DNA from: Eledone cirrhosa | Lineage: Eukaryota | Assembly (NCBI GenBank): GCA_964016885.1 | Contig: OZ024743.1 | Location: 146,196,001 to 146,260,000 of the forward strand | Length of the DNA stretch: 64,000 nt | Direction of reading: 5' to 3' | Shown: positions 27,081 through 41,330 of the stretch, one piece after another | How positions within the stretch are numbered: position 1 is the first letter of the stretch | How the letters are laid out: each line of letters opens with the position of its first letter | The notes under the pieces: model-generated | Seen by the model: only the letters and a program-made list of their open reading frames with translations | What the model was told of the DNA's origin: nothing | The model's database searches: none | Program-made: the position numbers and the translations under genes

Positions 27081-27206
27081 CACACACACACACACACAGG
27101 TCCGTGGGTAATCCGCTGGCTGGACAGGATGGTAAATAGAGCAGTCACAAGTCATAGGTAAATATCCAGGTTCGAAATACAAAGATTGCTGCGTAAGCGT
27201 GGAAAA

Positions 27207-27442
27207 TATAGTTCAAGGAACAGCAGAAAGAGGAAAGAAAGTTCGACATGTCGGGCTTAAGCCCTTCTTTAGGAGTTGTCTTTACTTAGACCTTTTTTCT
27301 GTTTCTCCATTGTGTTCTTGTCACTATTTTGTACTCCTGAAGAGGGGCTAAAGCCCTAGACGTCAAACTTTCTTTCCTTTTTCCAGTATAAAGTGTGAAA
27401 CTAAGACTTTTTATACCTCTGTTTGTTGTCTCCTTGAACTAT
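27207..27442. mobile_element. Inverted pair of Penelope-like pLTR ends, family H1
   Basis: Arms both read ctcct(g/a)aaga.gggc.....gccc..ac.tc.aactttctttcc...ccttgaactata. Confidence 0.65.
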
Positions 27443-27446
27443 ATAT

Positions 27447-27499
<53 letters not shown>

Positions 27500-27682
27500 T
27501 GTGTCTATGTGTCTGTATGTTCATTTGTGTATATATGGAAAGATATAAATATGTGAAAAAATGAATGTATGTATACATACATTGGCTACTGTTATGAAAT
27601 TGTGGAGATCTCTACTGACAGCTGCCTGAAGGATAGTGAGTTGGCAGAAGGGTGTAGTACCAATTCCTTGGCCTGTATCATA

Positions 27683-27791
27683 ATTGTTTCTACTTTAGGC
27701 ACAAGGCCAGCAATTACCCAGTACATTACTGGTACTTTATTTTATCGACCCCGTAAGGATGAAAGACAAAGTTAACCTTGGCGGGATTTGA
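27683..27791 (-). mobile_element. SINE family A, 3' half
   Basis: Body match. Confidence 0.8.
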
Positions 27792-28021
27792 TCATAATAA
27801 TCTTCCTGGGGGCATTATTACGTTTGTAGTTCTTTCATAAATAAATAAACAAACTAAATAAATATATAAATAAATACATACATACACACACATATATAGA
27901 TTATATATATATATATATATATATATAATAATATATACATATATATTTATATATATATTGAGAGAATGAGAGAGATACATTGCATACTTATGAATATACA
28001 CACACATGAATATATATCTAT

Positions 28022-28380
28022 CTAAGGCGGGTAAAATTCCCGAGTTCCATGGACGAGTTCTCTCCAGCGGTCTCTGTCCCTCATTATCGCTGCCATGTCC
28101 TGCATCTCCAACAGACCAGTGTCTGTCCTTAGGGCATCAACATACGTTAACCTTGGTCTTCCTCTTCTAGTGTGTCCATGTAGGGGCTCCCAAAGGAGCA
28201 CTGAGTCCAATGTCAACTCTGGATGTCGGTGAGCATGTCCAGCTAACCTCAGTCTCCTCTGTGTCACTTTTGAGCTGACTTTTGGGATGCTCCCATACAG
28301 CTCTGAGTTTTTCATCCTCAGTGTATATTGATTAATGTTCAGAGCCATCCTCAGCATTCTCGTGTAGCACCCATCCACCA

Positions 28381-28385
<5 letters not shown>
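28022..28385 (-). mobile_element. 3' end of a distinct RTE-group LINE
   Basis: DGCYTRMLRMALN..RRLRLAGH..LLWEP..GRPRLTY..MRDRDRWR C-terminal domain. Confidence 0.85.
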
Positions 28386-28440
<55 letters not shown>

Positions 28441-28446
<6 letters not shown>

Positions 28447-30806
28447 GGGATGGGGGAAGTAGAGTAGACTATCAAGTGGCCAGGAGGGAAGCTAGGAGAG
28501 AAGTGTACTTAGCAAGAAGGGAAGCTGAGGAAAGAAAGTTCAAGCATGTTCTACAACGCGATGACCAAAAACGTGAGGTGTTCAGGATTGCCAGGCAATG
28601 CGTCAAGGAAAACCGTGATATTGTCGGGGAGAAGTGTGTACTTAACGATGATGGCATACTTGCCATCACCGACACTGATAAGAAGGTAGCTTGGAAGTGT
28701 CACTATGAAAGGCTACTAAATGAGGAGAATAAATGGGAGAAAGACAGTCTCCCCCTTATCGACCCGATAGAGGGACCAGCAGTGTTAGTCGAGGGGAGTA
28801 TAATAAGTAAGGCAATCAAGGATATGAAGACTGGTAAGGCGGCTGGGCCTTCGGAAATAGTTGCTGAGATGCTGAAGGCATCTGGCACGGTGGGACACAC
28901 CATGGTCACCCGCATAGTTAACCAAGTCGTACAGAATGGGGTTGTTCCGAAGGACTGGCATAGCAGCATCATCGTTAACTGTTATAAGGGTAAAGGAGAC
29001 GCCCTAGATAGGAGTAACTATAGAGGCATTAAGTTAATCGACCAGGTCATGAAGGTCACGGAAAAAGTAATAGCGCAACTAATCAGAGAGAGAATTGATC
29101 TAGATGAAATGCAGTTCGGGTTTGTGTCAGGCAAAAGCACCACAGACGCTCTTTTCATAGTACGACAACTACAGGAGAAGTACCTAGCTAAAGGTAAACC
29201 CCTCTACTTAGCTTTTGTCGACCTGGAGAAAGCCTTCGACAGAGTCCCCCGCTCCATTATCTGGTGGGCTCTTAGAAAACTAGGCGTTGACGAATGGCTT
29301 GTGAGGGCTATACAAGCCATGTATAAAGAAACAGTCAGCAAGGTTAGAATTAACAACGAATATAGTGAAGAGTTTAGCGTAAAAGTTGGCGTCCATCAGG
29401 GCTCTGTTCTCAGCCCCCTACTATTTATTATTGCCCTTCAGGCTATAACAGAGGAGTTCAAGACAGGCTGCCCATGGGAACTCCTATACGCAGACGACCT
29501 GACACTCATAGCGGAATCAATGGCCGAGCTAGAGAAGAAATTCCAAACATGGAAGCACGGCCTAGAGTCAAAAGGACTTAAAATTAACCTGGCTAAGACC
29601 AAAGTTCTAGTTTGTAGGAAAGAAAACAAGGCGGCGGTCCCTTCTGGGAAATGGTCGTGCTCGGTATGTAGGAAAGGCGTAGGTAGAAACTCCATCTTAT
29701 GTCCTAAATGCAAAGTATGGGTGCATAAAAGATGTAGTGGGATCACAGGTAAGCTAACTAAGAACGTAGACTTTACATGTGGCCGGTGTTCTGGTGCAAT
29801 AAGTAGCAGCAAGTGCCCACAAAATACTAGCTCTTTCAATTGCGCAGAGGGTTCTATAGAAATAGTGGACAGCTTCCGTTACCTGGGCGATAAAATCAGC
29901 AGTGGGGGAGGGTGCTCTGAAAGTACTGTAGCTAGAGTCAGAACTGGTTGGAAAAAGTTCAGAGAGCTTATACCACTATTAGCTGCTAAAGGGTTCTCCC
30001 TAAAAATGAAAGGCAGGTTGTACGATGCCTGCATACGAACAGCAATGTTGCATGGTAGTGAGACCTGGGCATTGTGTGCAGAGGATATACGCAGACTAGA
30101 GAGGAACGAAGCTTGCATGCTCCGCTGGATGTGTAACAGTAATATACGTGAACGGCAAAGCATAAACGAACTAAGGAAAAAATTAGAGATAAGAGGGATC
30201 AGATGTTGTTTACTCGAGAGAAGGCTGCGTTGGTATGGACACGTGATGCGCATGAAAGTCGATAGCTGTATTACAAAGTGCAGGGCAATAAAGATAGACG
30301 GTAGCCACGGAATAGGCAGACCTAGAAAAACATGGGATGAGCTGATAAACTCCGACCTCACACACTTACACCTCTCCAAGACAATGTCACTGGACCGTGA
30401 CCTTTGGCGGTACTCAGTAACAGAGAAGACCCGCCTTGCCAGTAGGCATCTCTAACAAAATACACCCCTCCCGCCGCCACCCCCACCCCATCCACACCAC
30501 CCCGTTCTATGTAAAGTTATGTTGGTGCCGCGCCATCCAGGCCGAAACAAATGAGATCGTGTAGGTGTCACGACAAAAAAACACACAGTCCACGCTGTAA
30601 TGTGGCCGTGTAGGCAACACGGTAAAAACCTCCCAGACCCACACTGTAAATGTGGTTGGTGTTAGGAAGGGCATCCAACTGTAGAAAACCTGCCAGACAG
30701 TCCTATGCGAGCAAGACAATCACTCTTGCCTCAAGTGGGACTACCCCCGTCCAAACCCATGCAAGCGTGGAACACGGACGTTAAACGTTGATGATGATGA
30801 TGATGA

Positions 30807-30810
<4 letters not shown>
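28441..30810 (+). mobile_element. Young RTE-clade LINE, 5'-truncated (copy 2)
   Basis: Reverse complement of about 14718-17094; intact ORF; (GAT)n tail. Confidence 0.95.
28476..30455 (+). CDS. RTE ORF (5'-truncated): reverse transcriptase with embedded PHD-type finger
   Basis: 659-aa ORF differing from copy 1 at about 6 residues; YADD catalytic motif intact. Confidence 0.93.
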   Translation: MARREARREVYLARREAEERKFKHVLQRDDQKREVFRIARQCVKENRDIVGEKCVLNDDGILAITDTDKKVAWKCHYERLLNEENKWEKDSLPLIDPIEGPAVLVEGSIISKAIKDMKTGKAAGPSEIVAEMLKASGTVGHTMVTRIVNQVVQNGVVPKDWHSSIIVNCYKGKGDALDRSNYRGIKLIDQVMKVTEKVIAQLIRERIDLDEMQFGFVSGKSTTDALFIVRQLQEKYLAKGKPLYLAFVDLEKAFDRVPRSIIWWALRKLGVDEWLVRAIQAMYKETVSKVRINNEYSEEFSVKVGVHQGSVLSPLLFIIALQAITEEFKTGCPWELLYADDLTLIAESMAELEKKFQTWKHGLESKGLKINLAKTKVLVCRKENKAAVPSGKWSCSVCRKGVGRNSILCPKCKVWVHKRCSGITGKLTKNVDFTCGRCSGAISSSKCPQNTSSFNCAEGSIEIVDSFRYLGDKISSGGGCSESTVARVRTGWKKFRELIPLLAAKGFSLKMKGRLYDACIRTAMLHGSETWALCAEDIRRLERNEACMLRWMCNSNIRERQSINELRKKLEIRGIRCCLLERRLRWYGHVMRMKVDSCITKCRAIKIDGSHGIGRPRKTWDELINSDLTHLHLSKTMSLDRDLWRYSVTEKTRLASRHL

Positions 30811-30853
<43 letters not shown>

Positions 30854-31069
30854 CACACATATATATCATCATCATCATCATCATCTTTATTTAACGTCCA
30901 CTTTCCACGCCAGCATGGGTTATATATGTACATATACATATACACACACACACATATATACGGATATTCACATATATTTATACATACATATATGCAAAGA
31001 TACAAGTACATATACAAATACATACATATGAAGTTATACACTTACAGTGAGGATGAATACATATATGAG

Positions 31070-31100
<31 letters not shown>

Positions 31101-31297
31101 TATAATATATATAAAATATATATATAATATATGTATGTAAATATATATATATATATCATACATATATATATATATGTACATATATCAAATATATATATAT
31201 ATATATATAATATATATATAATATATGTATGTAAATATATATATATATATCATACATACATATATATATATATGTACATATATCAAATATATATGCA

Positions 31298-31336
<39 letters not shown>

Positions 31337-31794
31337 TATAATATATGTATGTAAATATATATATATATATATCATACATATATATATGTACATATATCAT
31401 ATATATATGCATGTATATATATATATATATATATCTAAAAAAAAAAAAAAAATATATATATAGTGTGTGTGAGTGTGCGCGCGTGTATGGATGCATGTAT
31501 ACATAGTCATAAAAATACATCAATAAATACACATATACAACCCCACCCCTACTTCTTGCATATACACACAAAGTCAGACTGGCCCTTCCCTTTATGGTGA
31601 TAATTAGGAAAAACAATTGTCAGGGCTGGGAGGCAGAGCAAGGATAGTTTTGTAAAAGTATCAGTTTTGTTAATGAGATGAATGAAAATTATGGCACTAA
31701 GCAAGCCCTAATGGCACTATGAAGAGTGGCAGGCTGCAGAATCACTTTGGAAATTACAATAGAAATTATAAACACATACACTCACTCTATCTCT

Positions 31795-31838
<44 letters not shown>

Positions 31839-31861
31839 ATATATATATATGTGTATATATA

Positions 31862-32002
<141 letters not shown>

Positions 32003-32066
32003 GTATATATATATACATGTATATTTATATATACAAATACACACACTCATATATATACACACATGC

Positions 32067-32157
<91 letters not shown>

Positions 32158-32442
32158 TATACATATATATACATATATAAATAGATAGATACACATATAC
32201 ATACACTCATATATTTTGCATGTATGAATACATGAATATATACATACATTTATTTGTGTCTAAGAGGTATATACATATATGAGTGTGTGTGTTTTTATGT
32301 ATATATACAAAGACACACACACATTCATATATATATATGTATATACAGTCACAGAAAAAAAAACAATGCATGCATATATATCTGTAGGTATATATATTGA
32401 ACCCATGCTAGCGTGGAAGATAGACGTTAAATGATGATGATG

Positions 32443-32539
<97 letters not shown>

Positions 32540-32574
32540 TATATATATAAATGTGTATATCTTCTCATGTTTTT

Positions 32575-32642
<68 letters not shown>

Positions 32643-32644
32643 TA

Positions 32645-32738
<94 letters not shown>

Positions 32739-32758
32739 AATGTGTATATCTTCTCATG

Positions 32759-32794
<36 letters not shown>

Positions 32795-32990
32795 GTATAT
32801 AAATATACGTATGCATACCTACTATATACTGAAAATATTGCATTCATTATACATATATGTATGTGTATGTGTGTGAGGAGCTAGTAATAAGTGAAATATA
32901 ATAATGATAATAACGATAATACCAATAATGAGGAGACATGAAAAAATAATAATTTCAGGAAAAAAAATTACAATAGCAAAGAAGAAAAGA

Positions 32991-33034
<44 letters not shown>

Positions 33035-33469
33035 AAGATGGGGTAGGGGACTGGGAAAGGGAAAGTGATTAATGTAAAATAATAAAATAACAATAAACTA
33101 ATAATGATTAATCAATCAAAACAATATATATATATATAATATATATATAATTAAGCAATAAATAAGCAACAGCATCCATAAATATAAATATATTCTGATA
33201 ATTAAGACCAACAAGAATAATGATAGCAATAATAACAGCTATAACAACAGCAATACTATCCTGGTTATCTGTGTTGTTTGGTTATGTTAATGTCACTAAC
33301 ACAATAATTGACACATACGTAATGGATAAACACAGAATTATTCACATACATAGACACACACACACCTATATATACATACGTACATACATGCATACATATA
33401 TATATATATATATACTCTCTCTCTCTCTATATATATATATATATCTCTCTATATATATATACACACACA

Positions 33470-33514
<45 letters not shown>

Positions 33515-33545
33515 ACACGCATATATATTTATATATACACACACA

Positions 33546-33592
<47 letters not shown>

Positions 33593-33597
33593 CATAA

Positions 33598-33631
<34 letters not shown>

Positions 33632-33898
33632 TACATATATATATATACATATATATGTAATATATATATATATACACACACACATATACATATAGGAAAA
33701 ATAACAGTAAGATGATGAAGTGCACCTAGCGAATTTGAACTATACAATGAAAAGATTTGTTTATACAAATTTAATTCCATTTTTTTTTAAAAAAGGTTTT
33801 TCTTTTTACTATATAGTTCTCTCCCTTATGAGTTCTTCAAAAGTGTAATTTTCAGGGTTACATTTCGGCTGGGGTTCAGTATTTTTAATATATATATA

Positions 33899-34040
33899 TA
33901 TAGTTGAAGGAGACAAGAATAGAGGTACAAAAAGTCTTATTAGTTTCATGCTTTATATGGAAAAGAGGAAAGAAAGTTTGACGTGTCAGGCTTACTTAAG
34001 CCCTTCTTCAGGAGTACATTAGAGACAGGATCACAAAGGA
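33899..34040 (-). mobile_element. Penelope-like pLTR end, family H1
   Basis: Reverse complement reads ctcctgaagaagggcttaagtaagcctgacacgtcaaactttc. Confidence 0.6.
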
Positions 34041-34199
34041 AATACAGAAATAAAGGAGTCCAAGGAATGAAAAAATTAGAAAGGATATCCCCAACATATA
34101 CATACATAATATGAATGAGTACTGGTGGAATGTTCCAATCAAAATCCCAATAAAATTCAAACACAACAAACCAGACAGAGTGATATGGGACAGAGAAAA

Positions 34200-34340
34200 G
34201 AAGGCATGTACAGTAGCCATTTGGTGAAAAGGAGAACATTTATGCTGAACTAATGATGAATCTGCAGATACTCCACTCTGTCTATACCTTTAGATTTGTA
34301 CCTGTGATTATTGCCATTCTTGGATAAGTTACTAACTCAA
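34200..34340 (+). mobile_element. R4/Dong RLE fragment
   Basis: EKENIYAELMMNLQILHSVYTFRFVPVII matches the element at 43267-44136. Confidence 0.75.
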
Positions 34341-35917
34341 AACATGTAGATCCACATAAACAATAAGTTGAGGTGGCGAAGCTTGTATGTTTCTTGAGAT
34401 TCCCTAGATTGATGTTATCCCAAACCTAGCTCCTTCAGGTGCCATAATGACAGTAGGAACAAGAGAAATATTCTAGACAGATGACACTCATTATATTATA
34501 ACTGATACCATATCATAAACAAATATAAAGACAAACATAAATGGTAACTTAGGATTATCTTTAATTCTTGAAGATCCTTTCACTCTCGAACTGGACTAAA
34601 ACTTCATTTATTAACCTTGAAAGGATGAAATACAAAGTTGGCCTTGGTGGGGTTTGAACATAGAGCTTAGAAAGCTGAAAAAAATACCAGAAGACATTCA
34701 TGCTGATTCTTTAATGACTCTGCTAATTCACTGCTTATATTCAAGAATATGGATTCTGATGTAAAAAGAGATAGGATAGTCATGGCTGGAGCACTTTTGA
34801 TCATAGTTTGCTTGTTCATTACTGACTTGAGGTAAATAACAACAAAATTAAAACATACATAAATACACAAAAAGCAAATGTAGGCACATACACAAACACA
34901 CACATGTTCACAGTGGATTAGAATGATAGAAAATTGTAGAGAGAAAAATATTTCTGAAGATGTTACTAATTTATCTGGTAAGCCATATGTCACATACTTT
35001 AAGAAAAATCTAAATAGAAATATTGTGAGTCATATAAGAAAGCAATATATCAGACAAGTGAGATTTATAAGCTACATTTAGCCAACTGGTTATATATCTC
35101 CTGTGCTTACTCTACCAGATTATCACTGTTAGTCTTTAATGTCCATATAGTTCATTCCCATTGCCATTTATAAAACATTAATTTTGTCAAATCATCAACC
35201 AATATAGAACTTCTACTATTTTTCCAGAATCATCTGTAACTGATTTAATACCCAGTCTAATTTATTTCTTGTCCTCTCTACAAGTAATAAATATGAACCA
35301 AATAAACAGATGTTCTCCATTCTTAGTCACTTATCTAACAGTCACGACTCTGAGATTCCGACTCGACTTGTTATAATTGCTGATAATTTGTGTGAGAAAC
35401 GATGAGTGAGTGGACTGCATTAATTGAATTTTCCTCCTTGTTTTCCTCCCTAACATCTGTGACAACAGACCAGTTTAATAAGTGCCATGTACATGATTTT
35501 TTGATATTTCCAACAATCAGTATGTGTCTTTCCTTTCATGGACAACCAATATCTCATATGTCCGCTACATGCTGTCATAATGGATTATCAATGCTGATAC
35601 AGCCAGCAGGCAATGGAGTAATTCCTGTATTGCTATTACACTCACACCGATAAGGCTATTGTGAAGTCAGCACTTGATATAATTCAAATATTCATGGAAA
35701 CGATTATTGTTTTGTTGACAGGAACAGTATCTTTCAAATTGATTCTATTTATTTTTTTTAAAGCATTCTCTGCAAGTATAACCTTTGTGGAAATAATGAT
35801 GACAAAATCCTAGCATTTTGGTTAAAACAACTTGGTTTGTTTGTGAAGCTGGTTGGTTAGGTAATGAAAATAGAAATGTTAGTATGGCTTGAAGTTATGG
35901 TTATTTGCTAGGTTTAA

Positions 35918-36137
35918 CCCTTTAGCATTCACATTACTCTATATATACTATTATATTTTCATGGTAAAGGCTTTACCTCACATAATATCTCACATAATAT
36001 CGAATCTATGAGATTTTGAAAGTATTTATTTTGAGAACAATATCTTAACATCAGTTTGAGCGACTAGTTACAGCCAGTTTCAACAGAAAGAGGTAGAGAA
36101 TTCTGGCCGGTTTTGGCTGGTTTTGAACATTAAAGGG
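35918..36137. mobile_element. piggyBac-type MITE
   Basis: TTAA|ccctttagcattca ... tgaacattaaaggg|TTAA. Confidence 0.7.
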
Positions 36138-36799
36138 TTAAAGATGTTTCAAATATAATTTTAACTTTATGATTCAACCCTTTCATTATTATATTTTTAA
36201 TGATAAACACCACCTATAATTTTCACACCATTTTGAAAATAATCAAGAATTTGTAGGGATTTAGTAATATAACTAACGTTCTCATTATTTATTTGGCATT
36301 TGGAACATAACTTAAAGGTTCTTATATAAAATTATGATAGAAAATTTTGAGATAAATATGAACAATTTAAAATAAATAGTCTTATATTGTATAATCAGGG
36401 TAGTTTCTGGCAGTTTATTATCAAAAGGGATAATGTTTAGGGGGTGGGAGAGTGTGGTGTCTGTATCATTATAAATATCACTGTACTTTATCATATCTTG
36501 TTTACTATTAAGAAGAGTTGAATAAAACATGAAATACCCGTTTTCTTACAATAAAAATTTATTATTAATACTAAATTTCCATTTAAATTTTGAAAATTTG
36601 CTGTTAACTGATTCCTTGGCAACTATCTTCTTATATTGTCTCTAATTTTTGTTGTCAAAATAGGAGAAATTAAATTTGTATTTTACTTTATACAGTTGTT
36701 TAAATTGAAGAATAAAATAAAAAGTAATTATAATTATGATGATGAAGATGAATTAAAGAAGATGGTAATAGAGATAATGTTGAGGAAGATGAGGACAAA

Positions 36800-36975
36800 T
36801 AAGGGTTCCTGATTTAAGCACCAGGCCAACAATTTTTTTGGGGGAGGGCCCTGTAAGGATGAAAAGCAAAGCTAACCTCTGCGGGATTTGAAACCAGAAC
36901 GTAAAGGGCCGCAACTCTGTGCCACAAAGCATGGTGTCCGGCATTTTACCAATACTGCCAATCCACCGCCCTTAC
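36800..36975 (-). mobile_element. SINE family A
   Basis: Head and body match. Confidence 0.8.
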
Positions 36976-37024
36976 GAGGATAAATAATAGGATGTAATAA
37001 GTAATAGTAATAAAAAAATTAATA

Positions 37025-38680
37025 ATCATTATTACATTTTAAGTCAGCTTTTTCCATGTTGGCATGTATTGGTTCTAAATTCTTGAGGCTGTATGGCCTT
37101 CCTTATGTCAATATTTACTTGTTTTTAAGTAAGGTAACTATTCTAATAGTCTTCACACATTAAACCAGAGGGTGGTGGAAGATAGTGTTTATGTGGGACA
37201 TAAACAAACATCATTGGTTGCCTATGTGTTGACAATGTATTGCCACTATGCAACTTTGCAGCTCAAACACATGCATCATATAATCTGCCATTCATTTTGA
37301 GAGAGAAGCCCTTTCTTACCAGCAGAGATTACAGCTCCCTGATCTACTTCCATCTCGTTCTCACTCTGGTTATTATACTTTGATGGTAGCAGAGTTTTGT
37401 CCTCTTTGCCACTTACTAAAATTTTAGTCTTTGCTAGGTTTACTTTGAAGTCCAGATTCCAAATTTTGCTTACATTTCTGGAAATTCTTCTCTAGTTCTA
37501 TTGTTTTTAGTTATAAGAGCAAGATCATCAACAGATAGGAGCTCCCCCAAACAACCAGTCTTGAATTCCTCCGTTGTGGCTTGGAGGATGATAATAAACT
37601 AAAGTAGCCAAAAACTGAGCCTTGGTGGATTTCTACCTGCACTCTAAACTCTTTACTGTACTCATTGTTAACACTCCCTTTCCTGGTTGCACTTCTGTGC
37701 ATGGCCTATACAGCCCCCACAAGCCATTCATTTATCCCTAGCTTCCAAAGTGCCCACAATATTTCAGAGCATAGGATTCTGTCAAAGGCCTTCTCAAGGT
37801 CGACAGATACTAAATATAGGAGCTTATTCTTAGCTAAATACTTTCTTCTTCTGCAGTTGTCTCACTGGAAGATGGCATAAGTAGTGCTTCACCCAGGCAC
37901 AAAACCAAGCTACAACTCATCAAGGTTAATTCTGTCCCTTATAACACCCTTTCTGTAATCTTCATAACTTGATCCAACAATTTGATGCTTCTCTCTAGTA
38001 TATCTCCTTTACCCTTGTACCAGTTAACAATGATGTTGCTACACCAGTCATTGGGTAGAATACCTTCTTGCACTACCTGATTTACTAAACAAGAGACTAA
38101 CCTGTATCCCGCTCCACCAGATAGTTTAACCATCTCAACAACAATCCGCAAAAGACTAGCTGCTTTCTCTATCTTCATTTTATTGCCTTATCTACAATAT
38201 TGCAGTCAACTTTGATGGCTAGTCACTCAGTTGGGGTAGACCTCTACTCTCCCATACATTCTCTTCATTCACCACCTCTTGTAATACTCCTCCATGCACC
38301 TTTCTTTTCAGTGTCAGTAGGAGTAAGTGAGCAACTGTCATTCTGTACACACTTCTCTCCCACAAGATCTTGATTTTCTCCTGTATACTATCTTACAATC
38401 CAGAACTTTTTACCCCTGTGATCCTCATACTGTAGAACACTGGCAAACCTCTTACTTTCTGCTTCCCTCTTGCTAAATAAACCTAACACCTCTCCTATCT
38501 GCTTGGCATTCTTCCCGGCTATTTTCAACTTCCAGATTTTCCAAGCCTGATTGTTAGCATTTATGTGTCTATTTACAGCACTGTTCCATCACCTGTGCCT
38601 GGCTAGAACCTTGCACCAACCACAACACTCATATGTAGTCCTCCGCAAGCTGTCTTCTAGGAGTTTCCAGTTGTCTCTAT
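37025..38680 (-). mobile_element. Degraded older RTE
   Basis: NDWCSNIIVNWYKGKGD, VDLEKAFD, HQGSV; frameshifts and stops. Confidence 0.85.
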
Positions 38681-38716
38681 GTTATATGTATGTAACTCCC
38701 CCCCCCCATGGTATAT

Positions 38717-38764
<48 letters not shown>

Positions 38765-38766
38765 CT

Positions 38767-38805
<39 letters not shown>

Positions 38806-38808
<3 letters not shown>

Positions 38809-39484
38809 GGTGTAGACGATATTTGTTCGCAATTTTCAACTGCTAATTTTATGCAAATTTTTTTTACTTCCGTTGTCACTCTTGTCTTCATAAAAACAGT
38901 GACTATATTTCCATTATTTATTTTCAGAATAATTGATTATGAATAATTTTGAACCTCCAAATTTATGGAAGAGACACGGAGTTCTTCTTGGAATCCGCGC
39001 CGGGAGGACAAATAAGGAAATTTCAGACTTTCTCAGCGTCAGCAGGAGAATGGTGGAAAAGGTCAGAATTGGTGGAAAAGGCCGAAAGTCCCAAGCCTAG
39101 CTGTCAGAGAACATCGTCGACCACACTTCACCTGACATCTGGCCTCCCAGCTCGCCTGACTGCAACCCCATCGGCTTCTTTATGTGGGGCGCAGTGGAAC
39201 ATACACCAACAGATCTAGCTGCAATACGAAAGACGATCTGAAGGCCAGGATCACAAGTGCCTTTAGGGGCCTAAGTCGGGGGACAGTGACGAAGGCCTGT
39301 AGCCGGTTCCGAGGCCGCCTTGAGGCCGTTATCAAAGCCAATGGCGGGTTTATCGAGTGAGATCGAACGAACAAGTCATGAAGACAAACTGACCCAAGTT
39401 TGATAAATAAATCTTAAAAAATAAAACTACTGTGTTATTTTTTCATAGACAGTAATCTTGCGAACAAATATCCTCCGCACCCTG
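38806..39484 (+). mobile_element. Tc1/mariner superfamily (maT/DD37D-like) internally deleted element with both TIRs
   Basis: TA|cagggtgtagacgatatttgttcgca ... tgcgaacaaatatcctccgcaccctg|TA; WPPSSPDCNP..WG and ACSRFRGRLEAVIKANGGFIE*. Confidence 0.88.
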
Positions 39485-39491
39485 TATATTA

Positions 39492-39950
39492 TCATCATCA
39501 TCATCACCGTTTTACGTCCGTTCTTCCACGCTAGCATGGGTTAGACGGGTTGTCCTGTTGTGGGCAGTGTCTGGTCGGCTGACCATGCCTTGCTCATACA
39601 GAAACTGATTTTGGCTTGATTTCTACAGCTGGATGCCCTTCCTAACACCAACCTCATTTACAGTGAGTGCTGGGTGCTTTTTCGTGGCGCCTACACGTCC
39701 ACTTTACAGTGTGGGCTGGGTGCTTTTTTGCCGTGGCACCTCCACGACCACCTTGCGGTGGGGGGTGTGGGGGCATATTGTCTATATGCTTCAGCTTCGG
39801 CTTGTACCCATGGGAGGTCGGGTACTCTGTATTACTGCGTGACGCCAGAGGTCACGGTCGTGTGTCATTGCCTTTGAGAGGTGTAATTGGGTAAGGTCGG
39901 CTTTTATCACCTCATCCCAGGTCATCTTGGGTCTCCCCACTCCGCGCTTT
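39492..39950 (-). mobile_element. RTE subfamily B 3' end
   Basis: [21 protein letters not shown] plus 3' UTR; UTR-only copies at 54235-54477 and 61861-62072. Confidence 0.88.
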
Positions 39951-39976
39951 ATATAAATAAATAAATATATATATAT

Positions 39977-40009
<33 letters not shown>

Positions 40010-40034
40010 AATATATATATACATATATATAAAT

Positions 40035-40161
<127 letters not shown>

Positions 40162-40167
40162 TATATG

Positions 40168-41330
40168 TGAAAAGAATCAGGACCCCGATGGCTGAACTCC
40201 GGCTGTTTCGACTGCTAGATCCGAACTAAGCCAGCAGTATTAGAAAGGCAGAAATCTAGCTGAACTTATCAAGGGGTACAGTCCTTATATGGGCATGCAG
40301 TCAAAACAAAAAAAATCTTACATTTCATATGGGTAAGAAAGTAATTTCAGCATGTAAGAATCAAGGAAGGTTGTTAGAGTGTAAGTAAATATGCTAAGTC
40401 TGTGTGGGGTTTCCTCTATCTTAGTTTGTAATTAGGAAGGTTTACCCACCTGGGTCGTGAGGGGGTTTGAAGGTAAGATATGTCCTATATATTCTGTGTT
40501 TACATGAGGTAATGAGTTCATCCTTTTTGTTTAACAGTTGGTCCTTTGCAAACAACATCTGGATCGTTTGCTCCGAGCATAAATTGCACGGACGGCGTCC
40601 TCCCGAGTAAGATTTTGCCTTGTAAAATATGCTCCAACTTAGATAGTAGGTAATATTGTTGTCTTGGAGGTCCCAAATATAGCCAGAAAGTGCTGTCTCG
40701 TGTTTCTAAATGAAAATTGGTGTTGGTAATACTGGGTCTTAAAATCGCAGGTGGTTAATCCGATGTAGGCCTTGCTGGAGTTTTCCGTCCTCACATTGCA
40801 CTGGTAGACCACGTTTCTTTCTCGGCATCTATTATTCAAGGGGGCATGATGATCTATCCGGACAGTTACACCTCCTAGTTTGCTCACCACTAATATCGTT
40901 GTTGTTTCTTCTGTTAGAGAGGAGTTTTTTTATTGTTAGATGAAGCAATGTTTTGTGCAAAGTTGGGTGTAGTGCTGTAGGAAAGTTTAATAGTGTTTCT
41001 ATTAATCATATTGTGGTAGTGATGTTGGGGTGGAAAGTGTTTATCGAGAAGTCGGAAGAAAATCTTCTCAATTAGTGTTACAACCTTGACATTGTGGGGA
41101 TGGTTGAACCACGTTACGTGGCGGGAGCAGCGGCATTGCCTGCTGGATCCGCTAGAAGGGCCTGGATAATAGGAAATGTCCTATATAACAAAGAAGGTGT
41201 GGTAAGATACCAGGTGGACCATAACGCACCAGAGTATTCGATACTTAGGGTAGTAGAGTGGGTAATAGGAAAAGATCTAGCTGTCCAAACAGTCGGAGCT
41301 CAGCCATCAGGGTCCTGACTCTTTTCCTAT
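40168..41330 (-). mobile_element. Penelope-like element (RT C-terminus + GIY-YIG), truncated, with inverted terminal pLTR segment
   Basis: HFPPQHHYHNMINRNTIKLSYS; CRERNVVYQC..YIGLT..FK..H..SF; 40170-40223 is inverted at 41275-41328. Confidence 0.85.
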
